A program made the position numbers and the translations under genes. Below the pieces are notes generated by a model. The model was given only the letters and a program-made list of their open reading frames with translations. It was not told the origin of the DNA and searched no databases. DNA of 64,000 bases from Pseudomonadota bacterium (lineage in GTDB: Bacteria > Pseudomonadota > Alphaproteobacteria > Rhodobacterales > Rhodobacteraceae), in assembly GCA_039199335.1 (NCBI GenBank), contig JBCCSY010000012.1:28973-92972 (forward strand), read 5' to 3'. Below, piece by piece: positions 1-8,870 of this stretch (position 1 is the first letter of the stretch; every line of letters begins with the position of its first letter).

Positions 1-86
1 ATGGCTGCGACGGCTAGCGAGACCAGCGCCTCGGCCAGGGCAAAGCCCCGCGCGCCAGGGCGGCGTCTTTGGACACGCCGTCTCAT
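1..86 (-). CDS. minor pseudopilin (GspJ-like), N-terminal 28 codons only; gene continues left of the window
   Basis: Reverse strand from ATG at 84-86 reads MRRRVQRRRPGARG/FALAEALVSLAVAA: an Arg-rich leader, a G/F cleavage site, Glu at +5 and a hydrophobic helix (prepilin N-terminal methylation motif). ATGA overlap with the stop of the upstream pseudopilin. Confidence 0.6.
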   Translation of the reverse strand, partial: MRRRVQRRRPGARGFALAEALVSLAVAA

Positions 87-493
87 AACGGTGTCTCCAG
101 GTAACGGATGCCGCGCAGGGTTACGGCGGCTTCACCCGTATCCGGGTCGGCAACCTGCACGTAGATGAAGGCCAGCATGTCGGGGTCGGCCACGCCCAGG
201 GCGATGTCCGATGTAGGTCTGTCGGAAATGGTGAGTGTCCAGTCGAGGCCGTCGAGCTGGCCGTTCTCCGTGAGCCCCGGGTTGAGCGGGTAGTCTGGTC
301 CGACACGGTCCAGAATCATCGTCGCGACGGATACGTATCTGGCCTGTTGATCGGCGCGTTTGCCAAGTTGCAGGCCCGTCGACATGGCCGAATAGAAGCC
401 TGCCAGGGCCGTCGTCGCGACCACGACGGCGACCAGGGATTCGATCAGCGTGAAACCGCGGCTTCGATGGGTTCGGCGCAGGCGGCGGATCAT
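83..493 (-). CDS. T2SS minor pseudopilin (GspI-like)
   Basis: 136-aa ORF starting MIRRLRRTHRSRG/FTLIESLVAVVVATTALAG (prepilin-type cleavage/methylation motif). ATGA overlaps with both neighbours, and it sits in the gspG-H-I-J position. Confidence 0.75.
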   Translation of the reverse strand: MIRRLRRTHRSRGFTLIESLVAVVVATTALAGFYSAMSTGLQLGKRADQQARYVSVATMILDRVGPDYPLNPGLTENGQLDGLDWTLTISDRPTSDIALGVADPDMLAFIYVQVADPDTGEAAVTLRGIRYLETPL

Positions 494-915
494 CGTACGA
501 CCTCCACCCGCCCGGTGAGCCAGTCCAGGGTCACCGCCACCCGCTCGGCTTTGCGCTGAAGATCGACCCGCATCCCGTCGTTTTCGCCAGAGGGCGATAT
601 GCGAATCCGGGAGGGAGCAGCTTGCGCGTCGATCCGGCTGCCGATTGGATGCGTGGCCGGTCCGGCGGTGAGTTGGCGCGCCTCGGCGTCATAAGTGACC
701 AGCACGTCGCGCCCGCTTTCGGTCGCGCGGAGGCGTGCCCGCTGCAGGAACAGCGCGATTTCTGCCGCCTCCGACTGGACCAGCGTCTTGTCCCGTCCGC
801 CCAGCGTCAGGAAGCCCAGCGTGCCGACAAGCGCGACGACGGCGACGGCGACCAGGATTTCGGTCGTCGCAAACCCGCGCGCCTGCCCGCCGCGTCTAAC
901 CCGCGATATCGGCAT
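490..915 (-). CDS. T2SS minor pseudopilin (GspH-like)
   Basis: ORF 490-942. Internal ATG at 913-915 gives MPISRVRRGGQARG/FATTEILVAVAVVALVG (prepilin motif with E5). The alternative start at 942 would give an unusually long leader. Confidence 0.7.
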   Translation of the reverse strand: MPISRVRRGGQARGFATTEILVAVAVVALVGTLGFLTLGGRDKTLVQSEAAEIALFLQRARLRATESGRDVLVTYDAEARQLTAGPATHPIGSRIDAQAAPSRIRISPSGENDGMRVDLQRKAERVAVTLDWLTGRVEVVR

Positions 916-1336
916 CGTTGCCCTGTCCACCGGGCTGGCCATCGGCCCCGAAGGAAATCACGCGAGGCCCGCCATCCGCGCGGGCATAGCCATAGGCATT
1001 GCCCCACGGGTCGAGCGGCATCTTCCCGTCACGCAGATACGGGCCATTCCAGCCAGGAATGCCGAGGTTTGGATCGAGCAGTGCGTTCAGTCCCTCCTGC
1101 TCGGTGGGCAGGCGACCGGTGTCGATTTCAAAAATGTCGATGGCCGCGCGAAGCTGCGCGATCTGCGCTTCGGTCGCGGTGATGCGCGAGGATTGGAGTT
1201 GCCGCAAAGCCGCCGGACCCACCAGCCCGACCAGAAGGCCGACGATGGCGACGGCCACGAGCATTTCCACCAGGGAGAAGCCTTTTGCTGCGCGGCGACG
1301 GCTCAGGTGACGGCGCCGCTTAGAACGAAATGGCAT
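896..1336 (-). CDS. gspG: T2SS major pseudopilin GspG
   Basis: KG/FSLVEMLVAVAIVGLL prepilin motif followed by the GspG-typical ...GWNGPYL...PLDPWGNAYGY... C-terminal region. ATG at 1334-1336 chosen over 1366 for the shorter leader. Confidence 0.9.
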   Translation of the reverse strand: MPFRSKRRRHLSRRRAAKGFSLVEMLVAVAIVGLLVGLVGPAALRQLQSSRITATEAQIAQLRAAIDIFEIDTGRLPTEQEGLNALLDPNLGIPGWNGPYLRDGKMPLDPWGNAYGYARADGGPRVISFGADGQPGGQGNDADIAG

Positions 1337-2585
1337 TGACGGAAACGATGGCTGAGAAGAGCGCATAGAGACTGACTCCGATCATGAGGCCGACGCCGAC
1401 GATGAGGGCGGGCTGGAAGAGAAGAAGGATGCGTTCGAGGCTGCGGGTCGCCATCTCGCGCTGTTCTTGGGCGGCGCGGCTGACCATTTCCGGCAGGTTC
1501 CCGGCCTCTTCGCCGATGCGGATCATCTCCAGAACATCGGCAGCGACAAGGCCGTTCTGCGACAGAGCCGTAGAGAGAGAATCGCCACTGGACACAGCCT
1601 CCGAGGCTGCTTGAAGGGCATCCTGGATCGGTCCGGGACTGGCAGAACGCCGGACGACTTGGAGCGCATGGCTCAGGGTAATCTCGCGCGTCAACAACTC
1701 GCCCAGGATGTGAAGGACCATCGTCACCTGATTGCGCTGCACGACCTTTCGCAGGCCGGGCAGGCGTTGTGCCCTTTCCCAGATCGGGGCGAGGCCGCCG
1801 CGACGGATGAGGTACCACAGCGCCCCTGCGGCCAGCAGCGTCGCAGCCGCAATGATCGGCCAGAGCGCGCTGATGAACGCAGACAGGGCGAAGATCGTCC
1901 GGCCCAGAAACGGAACGAGGTCCATGCGGTCCTCGATCAGGGGGCGGAATTGCGGGATGATCGCGATCATGATGATCCCCACCGAGATGATGGCAATGCC
2001 GAACAGGATCGCCGGGTAGAGAAGCGACGTTGTCACGCTGCGGATTGCCGCAAGCCGCGTTTCCAAAATACCGCTGGCCGTCTTCAGGGCCTTTGCCATA
2101 TCGCCGGAGACTTCGGCACCTTGCAGCAGCGCTGCGATCGCCGGATCGGCTAGTCCAGGTGTCTCTGCAACGGCGGCCGAAAGTGGGGTGCCCTCGCGCA
2201 CCGCGCGGCGCATGACGGATGCCTTCGCCGCGATCCCGTCCTTTCCATCCCCTTCCGCGATAATGCCAAGTGCGCGGTCCACGCTGATCTGTTGCTCCGT
2301 CAGCTTCGCCAGTCGGGCCATGAACCGGGCCGCTGCGGCACGTGTCAAAGGGCGTTTCGGATCAGACGCCTTGCGCCGAGAGAGGGTCGGCGTGCTGGCC
2401 GGCCGTGCCTCGGCGGTCGCCGTTTCGATGGAGATTGGGAACAGGCCCTTTTGCTTGAGCTGGAGAGCTGCGTCGTTCCGATCCCGCGCGTCCAGGCGAC
2501 CCGAGACCCGCTTTCCGGCAGAGTCGCGCGCACGATAAAGATAGGGGCCTGCGGTTCGGGCCTCCGTGGCTGTGATCATGTTCAT
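1320..2585 (-). CDS. gspF: T2SS inner-membrane platform protein GspF
   Basis: 421-aa ORF with two repeated GspF/PilC-type cytoplasmic domains and three hydrophobic segments (LLYPAILFGIAIISVGIIMIAII, IFALSAFISALWPIIAAATLLAAGALW, FQPALIVGVGLMIGVSLYALF). Located directly downstream of gspE. Confidence 0.9.
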   Translation of the reverse strand: MNMITATEARTAGPYLYRARDSAGKRVSGRLDARDRNDAALQLKQKGLFPISIETATAEARPASTPTLSRRKASDPKRPLTRAAAARFMARLAKLTEQQISVDRALGIIAEGDGKDGIAAKASVMRRAVREGTPLSAAVAETPGLADPAIAALLQGAEVSGDMAKALKTASGILETRLAAIRSVTTSLLYPAILFGIAIISVGIIMIAIIPQFRPLIEDRMDLVPFLGRTIFALSAFISALWPIIAAATLLAAGALWYLIRRGGLAPIWERAQRLPGLRKVVQRNQVTMVLHILGELLTREITLSHALQVVRRSASPGPIQDALQAASEAVSSGDSLSTALSQNGLVAADVLEMIRIGEEAGNLPEMVSRAAQEQREMATRSLERILLLFQPALIVGVGLMIGVSLYALFSAIVSVNAISF

Positions 2586-4288
2586 CGCCGTAGACGCTCC
2601 AACCCGAGGACGTTGATCAGTTCCTCAAGTGTGGTGCGGCCTTCCGCGACATGGCGAAGACCTTCGACCCACATAGTTCGATAGGACGCCTTCTTGTCCG
2701 CCCGGACACGATCCAATTCGGCGGCATCAAGGGCCTCATAGACGGCGAGGCGACCGCGGAAGCCGGTATTCGAACAGGACTCGCACCCCACCGGTCGGTG
2801 CAGATGCCAGGTGTCCGGTGCGCCAAGCTCCGGATCCAGCGTCGCGATCTTGCCAAGAAGAGCCTTCGCGCGCGCGGACCCACCGCCGGTTTCGTCGGGC
2901 GCGGCGCAATGGGGGCATAGGCGCCTGACAAGGCGTTGGGCCGCGCTCATCCGCAGGACCGATGCCAGAAGGTAGTCCGGAACACCCATATCCACCATTC
3001 GGAGCGGGGCATCCACGGCCCGGTTCGTGTGCAATGTCGATAGGACGAGGTGACCGGTCATCGCGGCGCGGACGGCAAGTTCCGCCGTTTCCCCATCCCG
3101 GATCTCACCGACCATCAGGATGTTCGGATTATGGCGCAAAATCGTGCGGAGCGCGCTTGCAAAGGTGAAGCCCAGCTCTGAATTGACCTCGATCTGGACC
3201 AGACCCTCGCTTTGGATTTCGACGGGATCCTCGATCGTCATGATCTTGCGTGTGGGCGTCTTGATCGCGTTGAGCGCAGCATGGAGCGTCGTCGTCTTGC
3301 CGCTGCCTGTCGGGCCGGTAATCAGGATCAGGCCGTTGGGCTGGCGGAGTGCCTTCTTGAACGTGCCCAGCACACCATCCGGCATCTCAAGCTCGTCCAT
3401 GGCGCGCGGCGCCGTGCTGCTGTCGAGAAGGCGCAGGACCAGCGATTCACCATGGACGGTGGGGGTGGACGCGACGCGCATATCAACCTCGCGTCCGGCA
3501 AGCTTCTGCCGGATGCGACCGTCCTGCGGCAGCCGTCGCTCGCTAATGTCCATTTCGGCCAGGATCTTCAGCCGTGATACGACGCCTTGATAGATCGCTT
3601 CATCCGGCGCTTCGGCCGAGACCAGTTCTCCGTCGATCCGCAGACGGATTTGCGGGCCGCTGCCCAGCATTTCCACATGGATGTCGGTCGCGCGGGCCTT
3701 CACGGCAGTGGCGAAGAGCCGGTTCAAGAACTGCACGGTCGGCGCGTTGTTGGCGAGTTCGCGCAGACGTTCGGCGTCGAAGTCGAAAATCTCGGCGCCC
3801 GAGGCGGGAAGGTCGTCGGCCATAGCCTCGCCACTGGCCGCGGCCTTGGCCTCGACACTTCGGGCAAGGGCCGCTTCGATGTCGCGATCGGTCGCCACGA
3901 CAAGCTCCAACCCCTGCCCGAACAGCATGCGCAGGCCCGTCATGGCATGGTCGTTATAAGGGTCCGCCACCGCAAAGCGGGCCCGGTTCGGTCCGATCTC
4001 CAGGGGCGCGATGGCGTTTCGTTGCAGATAGCTGTCCGACAGTCGCGGGTCCGTCGGAAGAGAAACCGGCATGTCTGCCAGCGCGACTAGCGGCATGCCC
4101 GTTTCGCTAGCACAGGCCGCCGCCCAGGACGATTGTTGGACCAAGCCGAGACGGTCGAGCATCACGCGGATCGGCTGACCAGCCTGTCGCGCCGCGGCCA
4201 CGATCTCACGCATATCGTGGTGGTCGATACCGCCGGGCCCCAGCAGTGCCTTCGGGACCGCGCCGATCTGATCTGGCTCGCTCAACAT
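2582..4288 (-). CDS. gspE: T2SS ATPase GspE
   Basis: Walker A GPTGSGKTTT, the MVGEIRD / TGHLVLSTLHTN boxes, a tetracysteine CPHC...CESC Zn motif and an N-terminal T2SS-E_N-like domain. ATG at 4286-4288 is preceded by AAGGA. The ORF track extends to a GTG at 4450. Confidence 0.9.
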   Translation of the reverse strand: MLSEPDQIGAVPKALLGPGGIDHHDMREIVAAARQAGQPIRVMLDRLGLVQQSSWAAACASETGMPLVALADMPVSLPTDPRLSDSYLQRNAIAPLEIGPNRARFAVADPYNDHAMTGLRMLFGQGLELVVATDRDIEAALARSVEAKAAASGEAMADDLPASGAEIFDFDAERLRELANNAPTVQFLNRLFATAVKARATDIHVEMLGSGPQIRLRIDGELVSAEAPDEAIYQGVVSRLKILAEMDISERRLPQDGRIRQKLAGREVDMRVASTPTVHGESLVLRLLDSSTAPRAMDELEMPDGVLGTFKKALRQPNGLILITGPTGSGKTTTLHAALNAIKTPTRKIMTIEDPVEIQSEGLVQIEVNSELGFTFASALRTILRHNPNILMVGEIRDGETAELAVRAAMTGHLVLSTLHTNRAVDAPLRMVDMGVPDYLLASVLRMSAAQRLVRRLCPHCAAPDETGGGSARAKALLGKIATLDPELGAPDTWHLHRPVGCESCSNTGFRGRLAVYEALDAAELDRVRADKKASYRTMWVEGLRHVAEGRTTLEELINVLGLERLRR

Positions 4289-4694
4289 AAAGCCGTCCTT
4301 CTTCGCATTGGACGCGAGGTCGCAAAGGACCGTGGCAGGATGCGGGCGATTCCAAGATTTCTGGAAAATTGCGATGGTATTTGGCCAATCGCGGCAACGA
4401 TTGGGGCCAATGGCCTTGTATACAGGGCATTGATCCACTTTCGCGGACACAGAACTCCCAAATGCGGCGATGAGTCTTGCCGCATTTCATGCCGGGGCCG
4501 TGTCGATACGGCATGAGGTCAGAAGCTCTAAGTCACTCTATAGGAAGACGAAATTCTTGAAATGACGTTGCGTCCAAGCGCGTGTCCGCCGACGGCTACG
4601 ATGTGCCTCAAAGTTTCTATAAATTTGCCCGGTTCTCTTGGTCTGCCTGCGTCAGAGCCTGCCATTGCGCCAGAACCGACTGGGGAAATCGATT
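4289..4694. promoter_or_regulatory. divergent control region between gspE and the DUF1800-led operon
   Basis: 406-bp non-coding spacer, visibly AT-richer than the flanks, between two outward-facing operons. Contains a perfect 9-bp inverted repeat AAATGCGGC-N10-GCCGCATTT at 4460-4487. No promoter consensus could be assigned by eye. Confidence 0.4.
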
Positions 4695-7511
4695 ATGTCT
4701 TTTCACAATATCCGTCACGGGATCGTTGCGTCCGCCTGCCTCCTGGGAACGACCGCACTGGTCTCAGCGCAAGGAACCGAGGTTCCGGCGCCGATGCTGC
4801 CCGCAGCGTCCGAGGCAGCTGCTGCACTCCCGACGCCAGTCAGCGCCGAAGCGGATATGCGCGAGACCTTCTACCGCGTGACCGCGCCGGCCGCCGGTAC
4901 CTATGTGCTGGCGGTGCCCACGACCTTGGCCGTTCGGATCCGCGTGGATGGCGAGATTGTAGTCGATCAAACGGAGCAGCGCAGCCTCGGCTCGCAGGAT
5001 TTCACGCGGGCGCTTTTCGCGCTCAACGCCGGTGAACACGTCGTTACCGTGAGCGGCAGTGGTGCGGCCATGCGGTCTTTCGGCGACGTTCTGTTCAACA
5101 AGGTCGGTGGGCTTCCGCAGAACTTTGCTGCCGTCGCACAGGTGATCGATGGTGATGTCGCGGCACAGGTCCTGACTGCGCGCGCCCAAGCCGGGTCTGC
5201 CGCGCCGGGTCAGCCTGCGGGTGGGCAGTTCGGATCAGCAAACCGCACCCCGTTCACGATTGGCGGAAGCGGAGCGCGTGCGACCCGGATGGCAGCGAAA
5301 ACGGCTGCCGGTGGCGCTGCCTCTGCGGGCATGACGTCGCCCGCGCCGATGCAGATGGCCGGTCTCTCTCAATCGGCCGGCCGGATGGGCGGCGGTTCTT
5401 CGGGCGGCGGAAGCGCAAACGCAGATCGGGTCGCTCTTGGCGGTGGCGTTGCCATCGGTTCCGGCAGCAACAACGATAACGATGGCGGGATGCCCGTGGC
5501 TGGCAACCCGACGACCGGTGGCGGCACGCCGCCCACCAGTGGTGGCACCCCAACCGCACCGGCGCCGACCCCGCCCGCACCGACACCCAACCCCGTGACG
5601 CGTCCCGTGACGCCGATCCCGACGCCAACGTCGCCGGCGCCAACACCCACACCCACCCCCACACCGACGACACCCCCCACGACACCGCCGACCACGCCTC
5701 CGACGACACCGCCGACGACCCCTCCAACGACGCCACCGGCGCCGCCGCCAAGCGGCACCGCCTCTTCTAGCCCGCTCCTTCCGCCGGCGGATGTCGCGGT
5801 GACACAGGCCGTTCAGTTGACGGCAGGCGGAACGGCTGAAGGCGCCGTGGCCGTCTCGGGTCAGACGCTTTTCGGCAAGGTCCAGAGCCCAGAGATGTTC
5901 GACACGGTTCGCGTCCAGCTTGCCCCGTCGGGGCGCACGACGGATGTCGATGTCGGGCCAACCACCGGCCAATTCGCCGTCCGTCTCAACGCTGAAGACA
6001 TGGCCGCTGGCCCGGTTACGGTCACGTTGAGCGGGATGCTGTCCGGTAACTCCGAGGTCACCACCGAAACGGTCAGCTACGAGTTCACGCCGGGATACAC
6101 CTCTGACGGCCTCGTACAGGCGCTGTCCCGTATCTCATATGGCGCCACGCCCAACTTGTATGCGCGCGTGCAGCAGATCGGCTTCCAGGCCTACCTCGAT
6201 GAGCAACTGTCGCCGGAGACGATCAACGACTCCTTCTTCGAGTCGATGAACGCCGACGCGCTTCTGGATCGGACGACGAAGAACCGGAACAGAATGTTCG
6301 AGACGATGCGCGCGCACAACCTGGCCCATGCTGCCTATTCCGAACGGCAACTTCAGGAAGTGATGGGGTCCTTCTGGTCAAACCACTTCCATGCCTCGAA
6401 CAAGGACAGCAACATCTACGAACAGTCGATCGTCGATCGGGAATATTTCCGTGACAATGCGTTCGGCAAGTTCGGCGACCTTCTGATCTACAGCGCGGCA
6501 AGCCCGTTGATGTCGCAGTTCCTGGACAACGATCAGAGCCGCCGCGGAAACATCAACGAAAACTACGGCCGTGAGATCCTGGAGCTTCACACCGTCGGGG
6601 TGACCGCGCCCTATACCGATGATGATGTCATCGCCGTCTCGCGTGTCTTCACCGGCTGGCACTACACGCGCACGAATGAGGGCGCAGACGACGTTGCACA
6701 GACCTACGGGTTCGATTTCAAGGCCGACCGGCACGATGAAGATGACAAGGTCATCCCGTTCCTGAACACCACGATCGTCGGCCGGTCCGGTCCCGAGGGG
6801 GTTCAGGAGGGCGCAGAGCTGATCGGCATCCTGGCCAATCACCCCCTGACGATGAACTACGTCTGCGGGAAGATCGTGCAGAAGTTCGTTGCCGACCAAC
6901 CCCCCGCGGCCTTCGTCCAGACCTGCGTCGATGCCTGGGCTGCAACCGAGGGTGACAGCCGTGAAATCTTGCGCGCGATCCTTTCTCGCCCGGATTACAT
7001 CAGCACGGTCGAGTTCCAGCGCGCGAAGGTGAAGACCCCGTACGAATATGCGGCGTCGGTGATCCGGGCCCTCGGCATCTTCCCGGTTCAGGACCACAAC
7101 GTCGACTTCTACGAGCGTTTCGCCGATGCGGCCGCCAACGCCGGTTGGGTGCCGAACTACTTCCCCGCACCGACCGGTATGGCCGAAGTCGGCAGCGCCT
7201 GGACTGCGTCGGCTGGCATGATCGCGCAGTATCAGCAGGTCGTTCGGGTCGTCGACTCGAACAATGACCGCTACGGCCTGAACCTACAGGATCAAATTCT
7301 CGATGCGGGTCTTGAGACAGCCGAGGAGGTGGCTGCGTACTTCCTGGCCGTCGGTACGGGCGACCATTATCGCGGCGACGAGTTCGAGCAGCTCGTCGAC
7401 ACATTGAAGGGAGAGGACGGCATCTTCGAACCCGCCGTCCAAGATGAAGGCGCGGCTCTCCTGCGCGCGGCAACCGTGCTGGTCGTGATGCCCAGCTTCC
7501 TTCTCCAGTAA
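4695..7511 (+). CDS. secreted multidomain protein with C-terminal DUF1800 domain
   Basis: ATG at 4695 (GGGGAAA upstream) gives the Sec signal MSFHNIRHGIVASACLLGTTALVSAQ/G. Next come a ~470-aa extension with a Gly/Ser/Ala-rich low-complexity region and a Pro/Thr linker, then a DUF1800-like core (WSNHFHAS..., REILELHTVGV...). Confidence 0.8.
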   Translation: MSFHNIRHGIVASACLLGTTALVSAQGTEVPAPMLPAASEAAAALPTPVSAEADMRETFYRVTAPAAGTYVLAVPTTLAVRIRVDGEIVVDQTEQRSLGSQDFTRALFALNAGEHVVTVSGSGAAMRSFGDVLFNKVGGLPQNFAAVAQVIDGDVAAQVLTARAQAGSAAPGQPAGGQFGSANRTPFTIGGSGARATRMAAKTAAGGAASAGMTSPAPMQMAGLSQSAGRMGGGSSGGGSANADRVALGGGVAIGSGSNNDNDGGMPVAGNPTTGGGTPPTSGGTPTAPAPTPPAPTPNPVTRPVTPIPTPTSPAPTPTPTPTPTTPPTTPPTTPPTTPPTTPPTTPPAPPPSGTASSSPLLPPADVAVTQAVQLTAGGTAEGAVAVSGQTLFGKVQSPEMFDTVRVQLAPSGRTTDVDVGPTTGQFAVRLNAEDMAAGPVTVTLSGMLSGNSEVTTETVSYEFTPGYTSDGLVQALSRISYGATPNLYARVQQIGFQAYLDEQLSPETINDSFFESMNADALLDRTTKNRNRMFETMRAHNLAHAAYSERQLQEVMGSFWSNHFHASNKDSNIYEQSIVDREYFRDNAFGKFGDLLIYSAASPLMSQFLDNDQSRRGNINENYGREILELHTVGVTAPYTDDDVIAVSRVFTGWHYTRTNEGADDVAQTYGFDFKADRHDEDDKVIPFLNTTIVGRSGPEGVQEGAELIGILANHPLTMNYVCGKIVQKFVADQPPAAFVQTCVDAWAATEGDSREILRAILSRPDYISTVEFQRAKVKTPYEYAASVIRALGIFPVQDHNVDFYERFADAAANAGWVPNYFPAPTGMAEVGSAWTASAGMIAQYQQVVRVVDSNNDRYGLNLQDQILDAGLETAEEVAAYFLAVGTGDHYRGDEFEQLVDTLKGEDGIFEPAVQDEGAALLRAATVLVVMPSFLLQ
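5667..5738 (+). repeat. 12-nt tandem repeat x6 encoding (TTPP)6 inside a Pro/Thr linker
   Basis: Codon-by-codon reading gives ACG ACA CCC CCC / ACG ACA CCG CCG / ACC ACG CCT CCG / ... The wider P/T-rich tract spans about 5520-5750. Confidence 0.9.
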
Positions 7512-7538
7512 GACAGACCCTCGTCGAAAGGTGATCTC

Positions 7539-8837
7539 ATGACCACGCGTCGCGATTTTCTCAAGAACAGCGCCCTTTTCACCGCCGCCTCCATGGTGGG
7601 CGCGGCGGGCGCACCGAACTTCTCCTTTGGTCAGACGGCTGGTGGGAAGACCTACATTAAGGTGTTCATGCGCGGCGGCGCAGACGGCCTTCATCTCTTC
7701 CCGGCTGTCGGCGACCCGCTTTACTACACCTACCGGCCCGGCATCGCCATTCCGGCCCCCAACCAATCCGAGTCGGAGTCGGCCATCGACATCGGTCAGA
7801 CATATCGCGCGATGAACCCGAACTTGGCGCCGCTGATGGAGATCTGGGATGCCGGTCGAATGATGGTGTCTCCAGCGACGTTCTTCGACGGCGGGGGGCG
7901 TTCGCATTTCGACAACCAGCGGTGGATCGGAAATGGGGCACGAAACAACCTGATCGACGGATATCTCAACCGGTATCTTCAGGAATTGCCCGGTGTGAAC
8001 CATCCCGTCCGTGGCGCGGTGCTGGGTAAGACCGGCATCAGCGGAGAGCTCAAAGGGGCGCTTGCTGTGCCCGCCGTCGGTTCCGCCAATGGCTTCTCTC
8101 TGCAGAGCAACGACTTCTGCGAGGGCCAAGGCTGCCAGGATAATCAGCTTACGGAATACATGCGTGAGGTCGCCTCGCACCCGGTCGTCGAGTCTGCGGT
8201 CGAAGGCAGTGTGCGCGAGAACCAGTTGATCATGCTCGACACGATCGACGAGATCAAAGCGGCTGGTGCGGATTACATGCCCTCTGCCGGTGGCATGGAC
8301 TATTCCGGCAGCCCGCTGGGCAAAGGGCTGCGTCTTGTGGCGCAGCTGCTGAAGGCGGGTGTCCCGTTGGAAGTGGCGGCCATTGACTGGAACATTGGCT
8401 GGGATACACACTCCAACCAAATCTCGACATCGGCCCAAAGGTTTACGGATCAGGAGAAGGGCTACCACCGAAAGATGCGCGAGGGATCGCTCGACTTCGT
8501 GACCTTCTTCCGGGACATGGGCGCGCTCATGGACGATGTCGTCGTACTGGTCTGTACCGAGTTCGGACGGACCGTCGAAGAGAACGGAAGCTCGGGAACG
8601 GATCACGGCAATGCCGGCGCATGGTTCGCGTTCGGTGGTCCGACCCGACCCGGATTGGCTGCGGATGTGAGCAGCCTAGAGGAGAGAGAGCGAAACTATC
8701 TGCCGATGCGTGTCGATTACCGCGACATCGTCGCTGAGATCATGATCCGTCATATGGGCATGTCGGAGAATCTGGTTTCGACCATCTTCCCGAACCATAC
8801 CCTGACCAATCAGAACCTCTTCTCGCTGAACGCCTGA
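7539..8837 (+). CDS. Tat-exported DUF1501 family protein (sulfatase/phosphatase-like fold)
   Basis: N-terminus MTTRRDFLKNSALFTAASMVGAAG is a canonical twin-arginine motif (T-R-R-x-F-L-K). The C-terminal TEFGRT...NGSSGTDHG is typical of DUF1501. It lies 27 nt after the DUF1800 gene, the usual pairing. Confidence 0.85.
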   Translation: MTTRRDFLKNSALFTAASMVGAAGAPNFSFGQTAGGKTYIKVFMRGGADGLHLFPAVGDPLYYTYRPGIAIPAPNQSESESAIDIGQTYRAMNPNLAPLMEIWDAGRMMVSPATFFDGGGRSHFDNQRWIGNGARNNLIDGYLNRYLQELPGVNHPVRGAVLGKTGISGELKGALAVPAVGSANGFSLQSNDFCEGQGCQDNQLTEYMREVASHPVVESAVEGSVRENQLIMLDTIDEIKAAGADYMPSAGGMDYSGSPLGKGLRLVAQLLKAGVPLEVAAIDWNIGWDTHSNQISTSAQRFTDQEKGYHRKMREGSLDFVTFFRDMGALMDDVVVLVCTEFGRTVEENGSSGTDHGNAGAWFAFGGPTRPGLAADVSSLEERERNYLPMRVDYRDIVAEIMIRHMGMSENLVSTIFPNHTLTNQNLFSLNA

Positions 8838-8870
8838 CCCGACCCCTGCAAATCCGGTGATCGCTTAACA

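Noticed and set aside
4289-4450. GTG-initiated 54-codon extension of GspE
   Set aside because: The extension (…VDQCPVYKAIGPNRCRDWPNTIAIFQKSWNRPHP…) has no counterpart in GspE/PilB N-domains and lies in AT-richer promoter-like DNA. The ATG at 4288 has an AAGGA SD. This is not excluded experimentally.
7284-8606. 440-aa reverse-strand ORF
   Set aside because: It is antisense to the DUF1800 3' end and the DUF1501 gene, with no motifs. Shadow ORF. The same reasoning applies to 18148-19149, 20149-21036, 33691-34918 and the many 60-250-aa Arg/Pro-rich ORFs in the track.
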